64,000 nt of DNA from NCBI GenBank assembly GCA_965644295.1, contig CBFFRP010000416.1:30060-94059 (forward strand). The letters are read 5' to 3'. Positions within the stretch are counted from its first letter, which is position 1. The number at the start of each line of letters is the position of its first letter. The notes under the pieces were generated by a model that did not search any database, had not been told where the DNA came from, and worked only from the letters and a program-made list of their open reading frames with translations. The position numbers and the translations under genes are program-made. Positions 1-11,700 of the stretch are shown piece by piece. Source of the DNA: Paraphysomonas bandaiensis. Its lineage: Eukaryota; Protista; Chrysophyceae.

Positions 1-2400
1 TGAGGGATCTAGTACTTAATACTAATATCCTGCTATTTAGCGCTACGAAAGCTGCTTGTGCGTCACCGCAAGCACCAACGTGTAACCACCTCCGCTTTAA
101 ATCTATAACTCAAAAAGCAAACGCAGTGAGCAAGCAGAATGTTGATATACCTGGAATAACTGCCGACTTCAGGAATTTTGAGTCCTTAAAAATAACTGCC
201 CGGATGCTTGATTTCAGCAGGTATCCCAAACCCCGGATGCCTGTGTATTCGTCAGGGCCCAAAGACATCTACACAAGTGACACTTATTACTGTCCCTTGT
301 ACCACACAAGTATTAGGCAATGAGTGGGCTGAAAATAATCTGCCGAGTATATATGCGGCTCACGTTAGTTTCCCAGAGAATTGACCCATTCTACATTTTA
401 TGTGTTGTATCAAGAAAAAATTTCATAGTTAAGGACAATATATACTTTATAGTGGTATATAGTAGCGTATTAAACAGTGACGCATTATAAATCACGCAAT
501 GTTAGACTCAACTTGTGCAAATAAGACAAGGAGGTGTGAGTATCTTTGTTGAAGGGCCCCATCGTTGTATCACACATCATGTCTGTGTGATATATGTCCT
601 CTTTAAGATGGAAACACTCTTTAAACAACACATGTCCAGATATGACGAACCATATCAAGGAAAGCGCATACACTGTGCAGTCGGGACAGTCCTTACGATA
701 CCTCGTATATATACTATTCTACTCAGCAATCATATATTTCACCATAAAATATTTGGTGTACCAATCATACGTAATATGTACACCTCTCGAGATTCATACA
801 ACGGGTGTCTGAATTTCTTCTCACAAGAGGATCGCATTCATAGGGGTCATATCATCCCTAGAGTGAAACATATATATAATCCTAATCCTAATTCTATTAA
901 TCGAATGAGAGAAGTTGAACCCCGTATACAAGATCATAAATATTATCTCCAGCATTTGAAGGAACAAGATGCTCTTCGTCTTTTTAAGATTATGATGGAG
1001 ACTGTAGAAGATATACTAGTGGACCCCGTGTTATACGATGATCGCATGCAGCCACTAGTAGTATTTAGCTAATCTAGTTATTACTGTAGTTAGTCTATAG
1101 ATATAAACTAGTTTCTGTACACAACCGTTCTCATGTAATAATCAGACTTTCCTATATGATCGCATGCAAAGTTTTGATAACCTACCAGAAATAAACTCAA
1201 AGATTATCATTAATACTGATACCCAGAATATAGAGAATTTGTACCAAGCCTTTCCGCACATCGACAAGTCCGTCCTTGCGAATATAGCGTTCATATTTTC
1301 AATTGATTCTATCTATTGGCCACCACTACATCCTCAGATGTCAGTTATGAATCTGTCTATTGCTGGATTTACTCGACCACTCACTTCGTCCTCGACACAT
1401 GTTGGGGACGACAAACCTGGCCAATTTGATAACGATGACTCATGGGAGATCATTAGTGAATCCCTCTTAGTATCTTCAGATACAACATTCCCAACGTTCT
1501 CATACAAAGACGCTCTATTATCAATGCCGAATGAAGACTTCACAATCGATTACATGCAGAATTATGCTGAACGTGTAAAATGGTAGAGTTGTCTCTACAT
1601 ACCAAAGTTGTAACTACAGGTAGGTTCGCTGAAAATATAGTTTATATTTTATATTACTGTGGTAAGTTATATATTTCAGAGAATCCAGCCAAGAATGTAC
1701 AGTACCATGACTATGATGACTGCCTCTACCGTTTTACTGGGTACGGTGAGCCTGTTGCGTGTGCACTGCAAGTCAGATATGTTCATGTAAAAGCCTCACA
1801 CACCAGAAAGAAAAGAACGAACACAAAATATTACAGATGTAGAGCTATTAGTACTTATATGATGAATATATCAAGCAATATTACAAACTGAAGCAATTTG
1901 TATGCATGACTTTTGAAGATATAGTATCATCACTCAAAGCAATATATTGTCATTGATGTCTTGTATTATATGACAAATTTTAATCCAGCTGATCTATACT
2001 CTAATACTTCAAGTATGGCATGTATGCATGTACTGCTTTTGAAGTACTTCTATAGTCACTATTTCGCTAATTAAGTTGGTTAATTAGTAATTCAAGTACA
2101 TGGTTGGTAACGTTGAAGAATAAATATCAAGAGATAACCCGAACGCCATTGATGATTGATGATTACTGCCAGCAAGGTCATGTTCACCTTCCCGTCCCCT
2201 AACAAAGATTACGCGGAGCTTCTCGTTACTAGGAATGCCTCTGTACAGCCAGGCCTAGCGTGGCATTGGCTGAGACCCTTCTTCCCCTAGAATGCGCGGG
2301 ATTTCTTGTAATCCTGTATAGACTATGCAAGTATAATGTAGATGTGTAGATCTAGCAGGAGCTTGCTTGTCACCACATACACAAAATACATCGGGATTTT
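1..2400. mobile_element. Long degenerate copy of unclassified interspersed repeat family A, with decayed ORF fragments
   Basis: 30-400 is the reverse complement of copies at ~8060-8345, ~47230-47445 and ~51944-52430. Shared peptide relic RMLDFS...GPKD(I/V)YTSDTY. 2170-2350 is homologous to rc of 3840-4240. ORFs 126-323, 515-1072, 1164-1586 and 1580-1891 match no family I recognise. Right boundary approximate. Confidence 0.55.
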
Positions 2401-2974
2401 AATAAAAATCTATACATGTCTTAATTGAATCAACACTAGGACTTTACTAGAGCGCTCTCTCGGAATGAGGCAATTACATATCCTGATTGACACTAATTAC
2501 TAATAATATCTTCGACACTTGGTTGTTATGAATGCACATTCTGTATATTGAATATAAGCTTAAAAGGGTTTTGTTCATATGTTAGTGGAGTTTCCGTGAG
2601 TAGAGCAGGAAGTATGGGAATAATAATAGCTTGGAATAGATGTCTTAGTCATACTCACTGTGTTGCCACCTCACTTCGAGCAGACTCGACGCTTGGTTTG
2701 AACTAGTAACATACACAGACAGTATCCAGCAGCACCATCTACTCCTCTATGAACCAGTGAAACACTATATCATACAGAGCCATGAGGTGACATGACTCTA
2801 CTCATAGACCTCTACTGTGTATGTATGTATCTGTTACAGTGATCGCGGTAACAAACATGTAGATGTATATATACATGAGCTTATAGATATATGCCGTTAC
2901 ATGTGCTGTTGATCATCATCAGAAAGATGATAGCAGTGATCTTACGAGTGTCTGGCTATAAGATGTATATACGA

Positions 2975-3120
2975 ACGACAATATATATAGATAGATGTAT
3001 GTATGTGTAAGTGTGTATATATTAGTATATGCATGTATGTGTGTGTATGCATGTGTGTATGCATGTATGTGTGTGTCATGTGTGTATGTAGGTGTATGTA
3101 TGTGTTCGTGTGTGTGTGTG
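2975..3120. repeat. Low-complexity (TGTA)/(TG) microsatellite
   Basis: Direct reading. Confidence 0.8.
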
Positions 3121-3347
3121 TTAGTTGAATCTCCTCATGTCTAGCAGCTTACAGTGTTTGCTATATGTCTTTACCATACAGCAGTAGATATATATGGTCA
3201 GGTGAAGTGTTGAATATCTTCTTGTTAACTTCATCATTCCACTTCCACTCCCCCTATAGATACTACTCCACACTGCTGTCATATGCACAATTGTACCACA
3301 GTAATACATTTATATTACATACATGATACACATCTATCAGTTCTCAA

Positions 3348-3419
3348 TCCCGATTAGTCCAGTGGTTAGGATATGGCCCTTTCAAGGCTGAGACCCGGGT
3401 TCAATTCCCGGATCGGGAA
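3348..3419 (+). tRNA. tRNA-Glu(TTC)
   Basis: Cloverleaf: TCCCGAT/ATCGGGA acceptor, loop CTTTCAA, T-arm CCGGG-TTCAATT-CCCGG, downstream T-run. Confidence 0.96.
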
Positions 3420-3508
3420 ATCTCTTTTTTCACACAACCACAATACTGTCATAGCTTATGGGAATGGATTTATATAGTATACATTTTTTGGTGTATAATA
3501 TATCGATC

Positions 3509-3580
3509 TCCCGATTAGTCCAGTGGTTAGGATATGGCCCTTTCAAGGCTGAGACCCGGGTTCAATTCCCGGATCGGGAA
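3509..3580 (+). tRNA. tRNA-Glu(TTC), identical tandem copy
   Basis: Same 72-nt sequence, followed by a T9 Pol III terminator. Confidence 0.96.
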
Positions 3581-3839
3581 TTTTTTTTTATTCTCTCGAC
3601 TTTTAAAAAAAAGACGCATTCTATTTTTTTCAGTTTGTACAATTGAATGTATCTGTGTAGGTTGTACTCGTAGCATAGTGTGTATGTATGTAAATATCTG
3701 TCTGTCTCTTCACTTTAACAATAACATTTACACTATTCTACATCTCAATCTGCACGTTCCCCATTGTGAGGGTGTACCCTACTCCAGTGGTAGTGTTGAT
3801 TAACCTAAGCAATGCATAGATCTATATTAATCCCGGCAT

Positions 3840-4240
3840 ATTAGCTGCAGTTGATCTACAGCGTAATCGCATAGTCCATACATGATTGCGACAAACCCCG
3901 CGAATTCTAGTGGAGTAGTGGCTCAGTCAATGTCATAATAGGCCTATACTGAAACATTCAGGGTCACGAGAAACTCCGTAGTATAATGATTAATACCTGT
4001 GATATTACAACCATGCAAACCGATAGGAATAATAATGCTATTGATGTATTCGACATACAACACAGCAGCATTATTACTTAAACCAGTTGGCATGGTCGTA
4101 ATATCAGTTTGTATATCCGCAATATCATCAGTATTAATCATTATATCAGTAGCATTTGTTACTTATATCAGGTTACATTGTCATAATGTCGCTTTCAAAA
4201 CATATGTTATGGGACGGGAAGGTGAACATGGCCTTGACGT
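3840..4240 (-). mobile_element. Degenerate repeat fragment, inverted paralog of 2170-2350
   Basis: rc reads caaggccatgttcaccttcccgtcccataaca ... tgacattgactgag ... ggactatgcg, against caaggtcatgttcaccttcccgtcccctaaca ... tggcattggctgag ... agactatgca at 2175-2330. Confidence 0.65.
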
Positions 4241-5830
4241 AAAGAAGACATACATTGCTATGAGAAATCCCAAGTTACCTTTGTGAAGGCAAACACAGGT
4301 GGGAAAGTAGGGTGGCTCTCACAAATTCTGCGCGCGATCTATATAGTCAGCGATGACAGTAAATGGGTGGACGGGTGTCTGACAGCGTAGCAAAGCAAGC
4401 AAGAATAAGAAGAATCTAGGGTTATACTGGTGCGCCAGCGAGCGTACACCGTGGGAATGTGGCATTATTTAATGTCTCTGCTCCTCTACTCTCATATGCT
4501 TCAATGAAGTTTCTTCAGGTTTGATGTTCAAGAGCGTATTAATTAACTACCATACAGGACTGACTGAAAGAGTAGTGGACACTTCATAGGGAATAATGAG
4601 CATAATACACGCGAACGGTTAAGATTGTTGGATGTCGTCAGAGATAGATCTATTTATCTCACTGGCGTAAAATAGTGCTAGTTCTGTGTATGAGTGAAGT
4701 GGGAGGGTGTTGTACGTACTGTGGAGGTGTATATTGCAATAAGTGGAACTATCACTCCGTAAATGCTACATGACGGCCTCAATAACTAAGAGTGTGGTCC
4801 TTACCTTGTCATATATGATACATATACGCTTGTAATATATATTATTGCATTTTACAAATCCTTGTATCGTACATTAAAGGTAGTAAAGCTATATTTAACT
4901 ACCAATTTTAAAGGAATTTTGTGAGTTGACTATAAACGCATGCCTTTCTATATGACCCAAATGATCAGTGGTCTCTGAAAATACACCACATTAAAAAGAG
5001 ATCTGTGGAGTCAATTTTACTTGGTAATATATCACACAAATGGTAATGAAGTTTTGTATGGTTATTACGTCATTACACACACAGTTACTTCAACTGTAGT
5101 TTCGTAGTTACACCCAAGTTAATATAGAGATAGAGAGCAATCACATTACTCATTAGAGTTGAATATACAATACTAGTCACGTTCAATACTACTACTTAGT
5201 GATTACATAATTTTTATTTTGTCAGTACTTTTCGTATTATGAATCCTTTTTTCTGTGGTTCTGCTAAGCTTCTGGCTGAGAAAACCCTAAATGCTAAATG
5301 CTGTATGCTATTGTTTCACTACTACTTAAGGTAGAAGATATGTAATATATCACTTATGACATTTCTCATGTGGGTATACTATTAAGTGTCACGAAATGCT
5401 TGCCAGTTTTCTGTTTGTTGCGTTTTTCATATGAGCAATAAAATCAGTGAATGACAGTAAAGTGTTATAGAAACTGAATGAAAGCAATATTCAATCTTGT
5501 AGTTATGATTTTAAATTTTATATCTGCCAAGTAAATCTAAAACGTAAATACTACAGATATAATGGGGCAAGGTAGATGTAGCATTCCTTTTCAAAGTGCT
5601 GTATTATCACCTTTCATAGAGTTGTTAACAAAAGGCACATGCCAAACCGATCATTTTTGAAAAATATGCATACATAATAAAGACTTACAAGCTCTAAACT
5701 TAATGCAGTACTCAAATTTCATTCATTCGGTATTGTTTGTTTTCAGTTTCGACTACATAGCAACGATAGACCCAACAGTCATTTGACGTTACCGATTATA
5801 CCATACAAACAACCCTTACAATACCCGAAA

Positions 5831-6060
5831 TTAACTAAACACAGCAATAAATACCAACCCGAACGAATACTCGCTAAGAGAGACTTGTTCACCATTATCC
5901 AGGAAGAGCGAACCATCAGCCATGCCCTTCTCATCCAAAGCTATTAGCAGTGAGAATGGAGTCTCTCGGGCTTCTGTAGTAGTCATGGCTGATCCTTGCA
6001 TGGGAACTACGGTTCCTCCCCGAACATGAACATTAGTGGCGGTCAATGGGATGTTTCGGT
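5831..6060 (-). pseudogene. Isolated C-terminal fragment of a GH31 alpha-glucosidase
   Basis: PLTATNVHVRGGTVVPMQ..AMTTTEARETPFSLLIALDEKGMADGSLFLDNGE is typical of the GH31 C-terminal region; no room or sign of the catalytic barrel nearby. Confidence 0.75.
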
Positions 6061-6400
6061 AATAGAGAATAGTATCAGGTGCATACTATTGCCTCTTTGT
6101 GATATCCACCTAAGAATTCAACACTACTTTGATGATGCGTACTATGTATAAAGAAAGACGATATGAACCGATGAACTCATATGATATAGTATCTAACCAG
6201 TAGTAGTTTCATATTACAAATACAGCCGATCATATGAACCTATTCATTATGCAACCTGTGAGCCTCATAATGTCCTGTTATGTCCTGTGGAAGATCTTCG
6301 TGTTCATATACATGGTGTGGTTAATGATTAATGATAGATATATAGATATATAAAGCACACTATATATTATATAATTTTACCCTATATCTAATATGTGCGG

Positions 6401-6472
6401 TCCCGATTAGTCCAGTGGTTAGGATATAGCCCTCTCAAGGCTGAGACCCGGGTTCAATTCCCGGATCGGGAA
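6401..6472 (+). tRNA. tRNA-Glu(CTC)
   Basis: Same body as the TTC copies, arm TAGCC-CTCTCAA-GGCTG, downstream T-run. Confidence 0.96.
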
Positions 6473-6553
6473 ATCATTTTTTACCTCTCTCATATATTAT
6501 TGGAAGAAATATATTTATATATGTGAAATAATTACGGGGGTGGTGATAATTCG

Positions 6554-6625
6554 GGACCTGTGGCCTAATGGATAAGGCATAGCCCTCCGGAGGCTGTGAT
6601 CCAGGTTCGAGTCCTGGCAGGTTCG
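6554..6625 (+). tRNA. tRNA-Arg(CCG)
   Basis: GGACCTG/CAGGTTC acceptor, GCCT-AATGGATA-AGGC D-arm, loop CTCCGGA, TTCGAGT T-loop, T7 terminator. Confidence 0.94.
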
Positions 6626-6678
6626 TTTTTTTGTCAACATTTATTTTTTTATGTGTCTATATAAACAAAAAAATGGAT

Positions 6679-6750
6679 TTCCCGATCCGGGAATTGAACC
6701 CGGGTCTCAGCCTTGAGAGGGCTATATCCTAACCACTGGACTAATCGGGA
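6679..6750 (-). tRNA. tRNA-Glu(CTC)
   Basis: Reverse complement of 6401-6472; A-run at ~6667-6673 serves as terminator. Confidence 0.96.
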
Positions 6751-6953
6751 TTGAGAACTGATATGATGTAATTTTTTTATATTATATAGAGTAATGAATA
6801 TATGTATAGATATGTATTACAGGTCTTGTACATAGTACCATATACAGCATACAGGACTTGATATATGCACCTTTATCAATACACCAACACACCCACATTC
6901 ATCTCATATAAGTCAGTACGCCAATACCCCCCATATATATATATATCTACCTC

Positions 6954-7835
6954 ATGAACCCTCCTGCACCTATCCGCATTGGGATCATTGGGTACGGTAG
7001 TCTAGGACAGTATTTAACAGACTACATCCAATCAGATGAAGGCAAGCAGAGGGGTTTGTATCTCTCCTTCATCTATAATCGTACACATACTAAAGTAACG
7101 GACTCGCCCAACCCCTCTATCCATAAATATCATCTACAAGACCTTAATCAAATCTCATCAACTGATACAGATCTTATAGTTGAGGTTGCTCATCCATCCG
7201 TATCGTCTGATATTATCATTCAAGCTCTTAATAGTGTTAGTTACTTCTGTGGGTCTCCTGCATGTTTATCTGATCAAAAATTAGAATCTGATGTAAGAGA
7301 AGCAGTGAAGAGGACCCATCACAGTGTATACATACCTGCAGGTGCTCTATGGGGCTCATCAGACATTCAGAAGATGTCTTCTAGAGGCGATATAAGAGGC
7401 TTAACGATAACAATGAAGAAGAATCCTCATCACTTACGTCTGAATGGATATCTATTGACCAGACTAGAAGATATTGTGGCTCATGATTTGAGGGGTGACC
7501 AAGTGATTTATGAGGGGCCCGTACGACCGCTTTGTGCACTCGCACCTAACAATGTCAACACAATGGCGTGTGCTGCACTTGCTGCTCCTGATTTGGGATT
7601 TGACCGAACGCAATGCCGACTGGTAGCCAACAAAGAACTTACGGGACATGTTATATGTGTACAGATAGAAGGTCCCGGGGGGTTTACTATTGACTCTACT
7701 CGTTTTAATCCTGCATTTGCCGGAGCAGTTACTGGAAACGCGACTTATGCGAGCTTCCTTAGCAGCCTTCTTGTTGCAGTAGATAAGTGTCGAGCAGATC
7801 GCACAGCAGGTAGAGGTCAGGTTTGCATTGTATAA
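6954..7835 (+). CDS. ASPDH: Aspartate dehydrogenase domain-containing protein (ASPDH/NadX family), 293 aa, intronless
   Basis: Rossmann GIIGYGSLG, DLIVEVAHP, GALWG, ITMKKNP, YEGPVRPLCALAPNNVNTMA and AVTGNATY motifs. Confidence 0.88.
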   Translation: MNPPAPIRIGIIGYGSLGQYLTDYIQSDEGKQRGLYLSFIYNRTHTKVTDSPNPSIHKYHLQDLNQISSTDTDLIVEVAHPSVSSDIIIQALNSVSYFCGSPACLSDQKLESDVREAVKRTHHSVYIPAGALWGSSDIQKMSSRGDIRGLTITMKKNPHHLRLNGYLLTRLEDIVAHDLRGDQVIYEGPVRPLCALAPNNVNTMACAALAAPDLGFDRTQCRLVANKELTGHVICVQIEGPGGFTIDSTRFNPAFAGAVTGNATYASFLSSLLVAVDKCRADRTAGRGQVCIV

Positions 7836-8059
7836 ATTAGTACAACTTAAGTGAATTTGTATTTCGTGAATGCGGTGTGGTGTATCTTGTTTGACTAAAT
7901 TTGTAGAATGTGGTGAAATCGGTTATTCTTTGAATTTCTCGAGGAACATAATTCAAAATCTCTATTATAACATGATATGTGCACCATTTTGCTAAGCCTG
8001 AGAAATATTCTGTTTATTTATTATTATCAGAATTAAGGAAAAGATAAGCTACGTTTTAA

Positions 8060-8345
8060 ACTAGGTATCTGTCATTTCTCGGGAAACTAATGTGAGCCGC
8101 ATATATAGTCAGCAGATAATTTTCTGCACACTCATAACCAAACACTTTTGTGGTACAAGGGGCACTAATAAGTATCACTTGTGTAAACGTCTTTGAGCTT
8201 TGGCGAATATGGGTCCATCTGAAGGGCATCCGGGGAAGTGTACTGTAGTCAAGCATCCGCGCTAGTTCACCTTGAGGACTAAGGACAGAGAGCAAAGGTG
8301 GTTGCACCTAGGTGCTTTGGTGACGCACAAACGCCTATTGCATAT
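8060..8345. mobile_element. Truncated copy of repeat family A
   Basis: gtgagccgc..agtcagcaga..gtggtacaag..caagcatccg..gcacctaggtgc..cgcctattgc matches 52025-52410 with an internal deletion. Confidence 0.75.
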
Positions 8346-8726
8346 AATAAGACATATGACATTCACTACTAACTTGTAAGCCCAATTAGCTGAGGGCGAT
8401 TTATGAAGCGATGGCTTTGTCGTTGTGTGTTCCTGTAGTGTATGTCTGTTGTGACTAGGTTGTTCAAAAGTTCCGTGACAGTCCAAGGGCAGCATTCATA
8501 GAATTAGTTGAATCTGACGAATATTAACTCAATCATTTGATAATACGTGATTTACACCCATATTCTCTGCCTAAGCTAAGATACACGAAAATAATTATCC
8601 ATTTGATTACCAAGCAAAAAAATCTAAATACTACTTCTACAGTATATACTGCTTTCATGCTAAAAAAGACTACAAACTCCTCAAATTAAATCACACCTGA
8701 AAAAAGTAAGCAAATAGAAATGATTT

Positions 8727-11700
8727 CTACTCCCTCAATGATACACCAAAATCAGTGCTGCTAGAATCTACGAGTTGCCTGTCAACACCACGGCAAGCAT
8801 TAATTCTCCTTGCATTCTCCTCACAATCTACTGACAAAGCTTTAAGGGCACCCATGGCCGCATTTTTCACGTACACATCATTCTCGTGAATTTTCACGAT
8901 GTCAACTATCGTCTCACAAACACCTTCACAACCGAACTTTATTCTATTGTCCGGGTTTTCGATAGAAAGATTCCATACCGCGCCACAAGACTCTTCAGCT
9001 ACTCTTTTAAGTCGAAGGTGGAGTCGCATCGCCCGAGCGACAATTGCACATGCACCCTCATTCCCGAACCTGTGGCGATACTCAGATCCCTGGGAGCATA
9101 AGTTAGCTATACAACTGCAACAGCGATCCACGACGGTCGGCATACTCATATGTCGTTGCATTGCCCTAACGACAAGTTCGCATATACCACTAGAACCGAG
9201 TGACATACCGTGGTCAGCGGCGAGCACAGCTGCGGAGGCGAAACATACAGCTTCAATAACTCTGGACTCATGCATATAAGTTCGCAACACGGCACATAAC
9301 GTGTCTAGTCCCCGAGAAGCGAGCACCGCTTTTGCAATGGCTTGGACGAAGCACATACTACGCAATGACCAGCATGCAGGCACAATTAAATTTTCATTGT
9401 CTTTGTATTTACGCATCAGATCCAATATCGATTCAACCACACCACTTGAGTGGAAAGTATTGATGTTCCGCTCAGAAGTGGTGATAGGCTCCAATCCGGA
9501 GCGACAAAGATATGCGACGCACCACAAAGATTTCTCATTCACTGCGATATCATTTTGGTCACCAACAAGCTCCGATACAAGTTCACAAGCACCAGCCAAC
9601 CCAAACGCCTCCTGATTAGAGCAACTTCCGTGCACCAGTGATGCAATTGTCAACAACGACTCCTCTACGAGATTAAAATCGTCATTCTCTATGGAAAACC
9701 CCAGCAGCTTCGTCACAATATTACAGCAGCCACTTGAGCCCATCAGTATTTTATTTTCTCCATTTTGGGCCAGAGCACGTACACACGAGCATATGACTGA
9801 GTTAACGCCATTCACCCCCATATGCGTCGCGAGCGCCATGACAGTTTTGTCACATATCTCCAACTCACCCAGCTTCTTATTGGGTCCCTGGGGGGACATC
9901 GCAAGGTGGCTAACGATAGTGCACACCTGCTTCATTATCGAGGATGACCCAATGTGGGACTGAAAGATTTCAACAAGGACTGTCACGATACCTGCCTGGT
10001 CCAAAGCAGAAACATTGTTGCACTCAGTGCCACAATTTGCTAGACTTGCAATAGCGGCACATGCTACTTCAATCTGTTGAGGGCTGCATATACCGAATTT
10101 GAGAGTTTCCACGATGAATGCACAGGCTCCACTCTCTCCTAACATAACTTTGTTCGATTGTACATTTGTGGCCAGAGCACGCATCACAGCAAAACCAGCT
10201 TCAATAACCGTGTCGAATGTTTGGTGTTTGCGACACGCTCTGACAACACATTCACAAATACCCACATCGCCTAATCTTGCACGAATAGTAGCATTAGTAC
10301 ATAAAATACGCACCAGTTGGAAGCCGGATAATACTACAGCAGCATCGGTGGCATGGGCACGAAGAAAATTCGTAATGACCTGGCAAGCAGTCAGTGATCC
10401 AAGCTCTGGGATGACCTCTCTGTTCCTACTCAATGCTATGCACGTATCACAACACAATGAAACAGTTTCCGCACACAACGAATGTTCCTGAATGGCGAGT
10501 ATAAGCTGATCGCATATACCGCACTTCTCGAACGTAACTTGACACTCTGGGATATTGGATAAAAGAGAGACTACATGACAGGCAGAGTGACAGCAGTCCT
10601 TATTCTCCCAAAACCTTTGAAAGAAAGTAGACACTGCAACACTAAACGAATGAACGGCATGCTCTTTCAGATGTGACACATCTCCATCAACGACACATGA
10701 AATAGCGTCGCAAAGCACCTTCCCAACATGTAGCACAGTGCAATGCGATCTAATGGCTAAAATCATATCTTCACAGACATTTTTCTCCAGTAACACTTTC
10801 CGGTTCTCAGCACAATCATGAGCTAAAGCTAACAGAGCGATACCCACAAGGTGTACCATATCTTCACTCTGAATGTGGGTCTGTAAGATCATTAAAATTC
10901 TTTCACATGCTCCAGACTGACGCAATAGTGATTTGGACGGCGCATCAAATGCCAAAAAATGCACCACACGACATATCTGAGCAGCAACCGTTGGATCACG
11001 AACATTCTTCGACAAAATATGGAGTGCCTTTTCGCCCGCGCCAGCAGTCATTAGTTTGTCACGATTGTATGGACTGTATGCACCCAGTCTTACCAGGCAC
11101 TTACACACTGCATCTGTGGTCACATCACTCCCTGCGTGAATCTGAAGGGCGCGCACAATACAATTGCAAAGCTCTGCATCTTTGTACTCAAACGGCTGGC
11201 TGCACTCTCCCGTATCTTCCAAAACACGAACAAGTGCAATGCAGCACCGGATGACCATTGGCTGCGAAGCCGTATGAGAACATAGCACTTTAGTGATGGC
11301 CGCGGGTACGCCACACTCCCTCATTTGGTGTTTCGTAAACTCGTGGTCACAGAGATTTGCTAACACCGCAACAGCACAACCGCAAATATTTTCGTTTGGC
11401 AAAAAGTCGTCAATAACTTTCAAAATTTTCTGATCAATATTAGCATTTAGAACACTCTCCGCATGGAGTGGTATACCAATAACAATATTCGCAATCGCCA
11501 TCAATATCGATGGAAGCAGTGCAGAACTTCCAAAATGTATTTTCAGCACAGTCATAAGAGTTTTGCATACACCGCCTGCTCCAAGAGCAGCACTGATATC
11601 AACAGAGTCTACACTCAAGTTCTTTATTGCTTTGCAGCCATATTCGACAAGGTGGGGGTCTTTTCTGTTAATAACGACAACATTAACCAGTGGCTCACAT

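Noticed and set aside
5281-5290. Telomeric AAACCCTAA (also ~36390, ~47895)
   Set aside because: Single isolated copies, not an array
3348-6750. Suppressor tRNAs or alternative genetic code
   Set aside because: Anticodons are ordinary TTC, CTC and CCG; intact genes end in TAA, TAG and TGA; the in-frame TGA at 62990 is in a decaying gene
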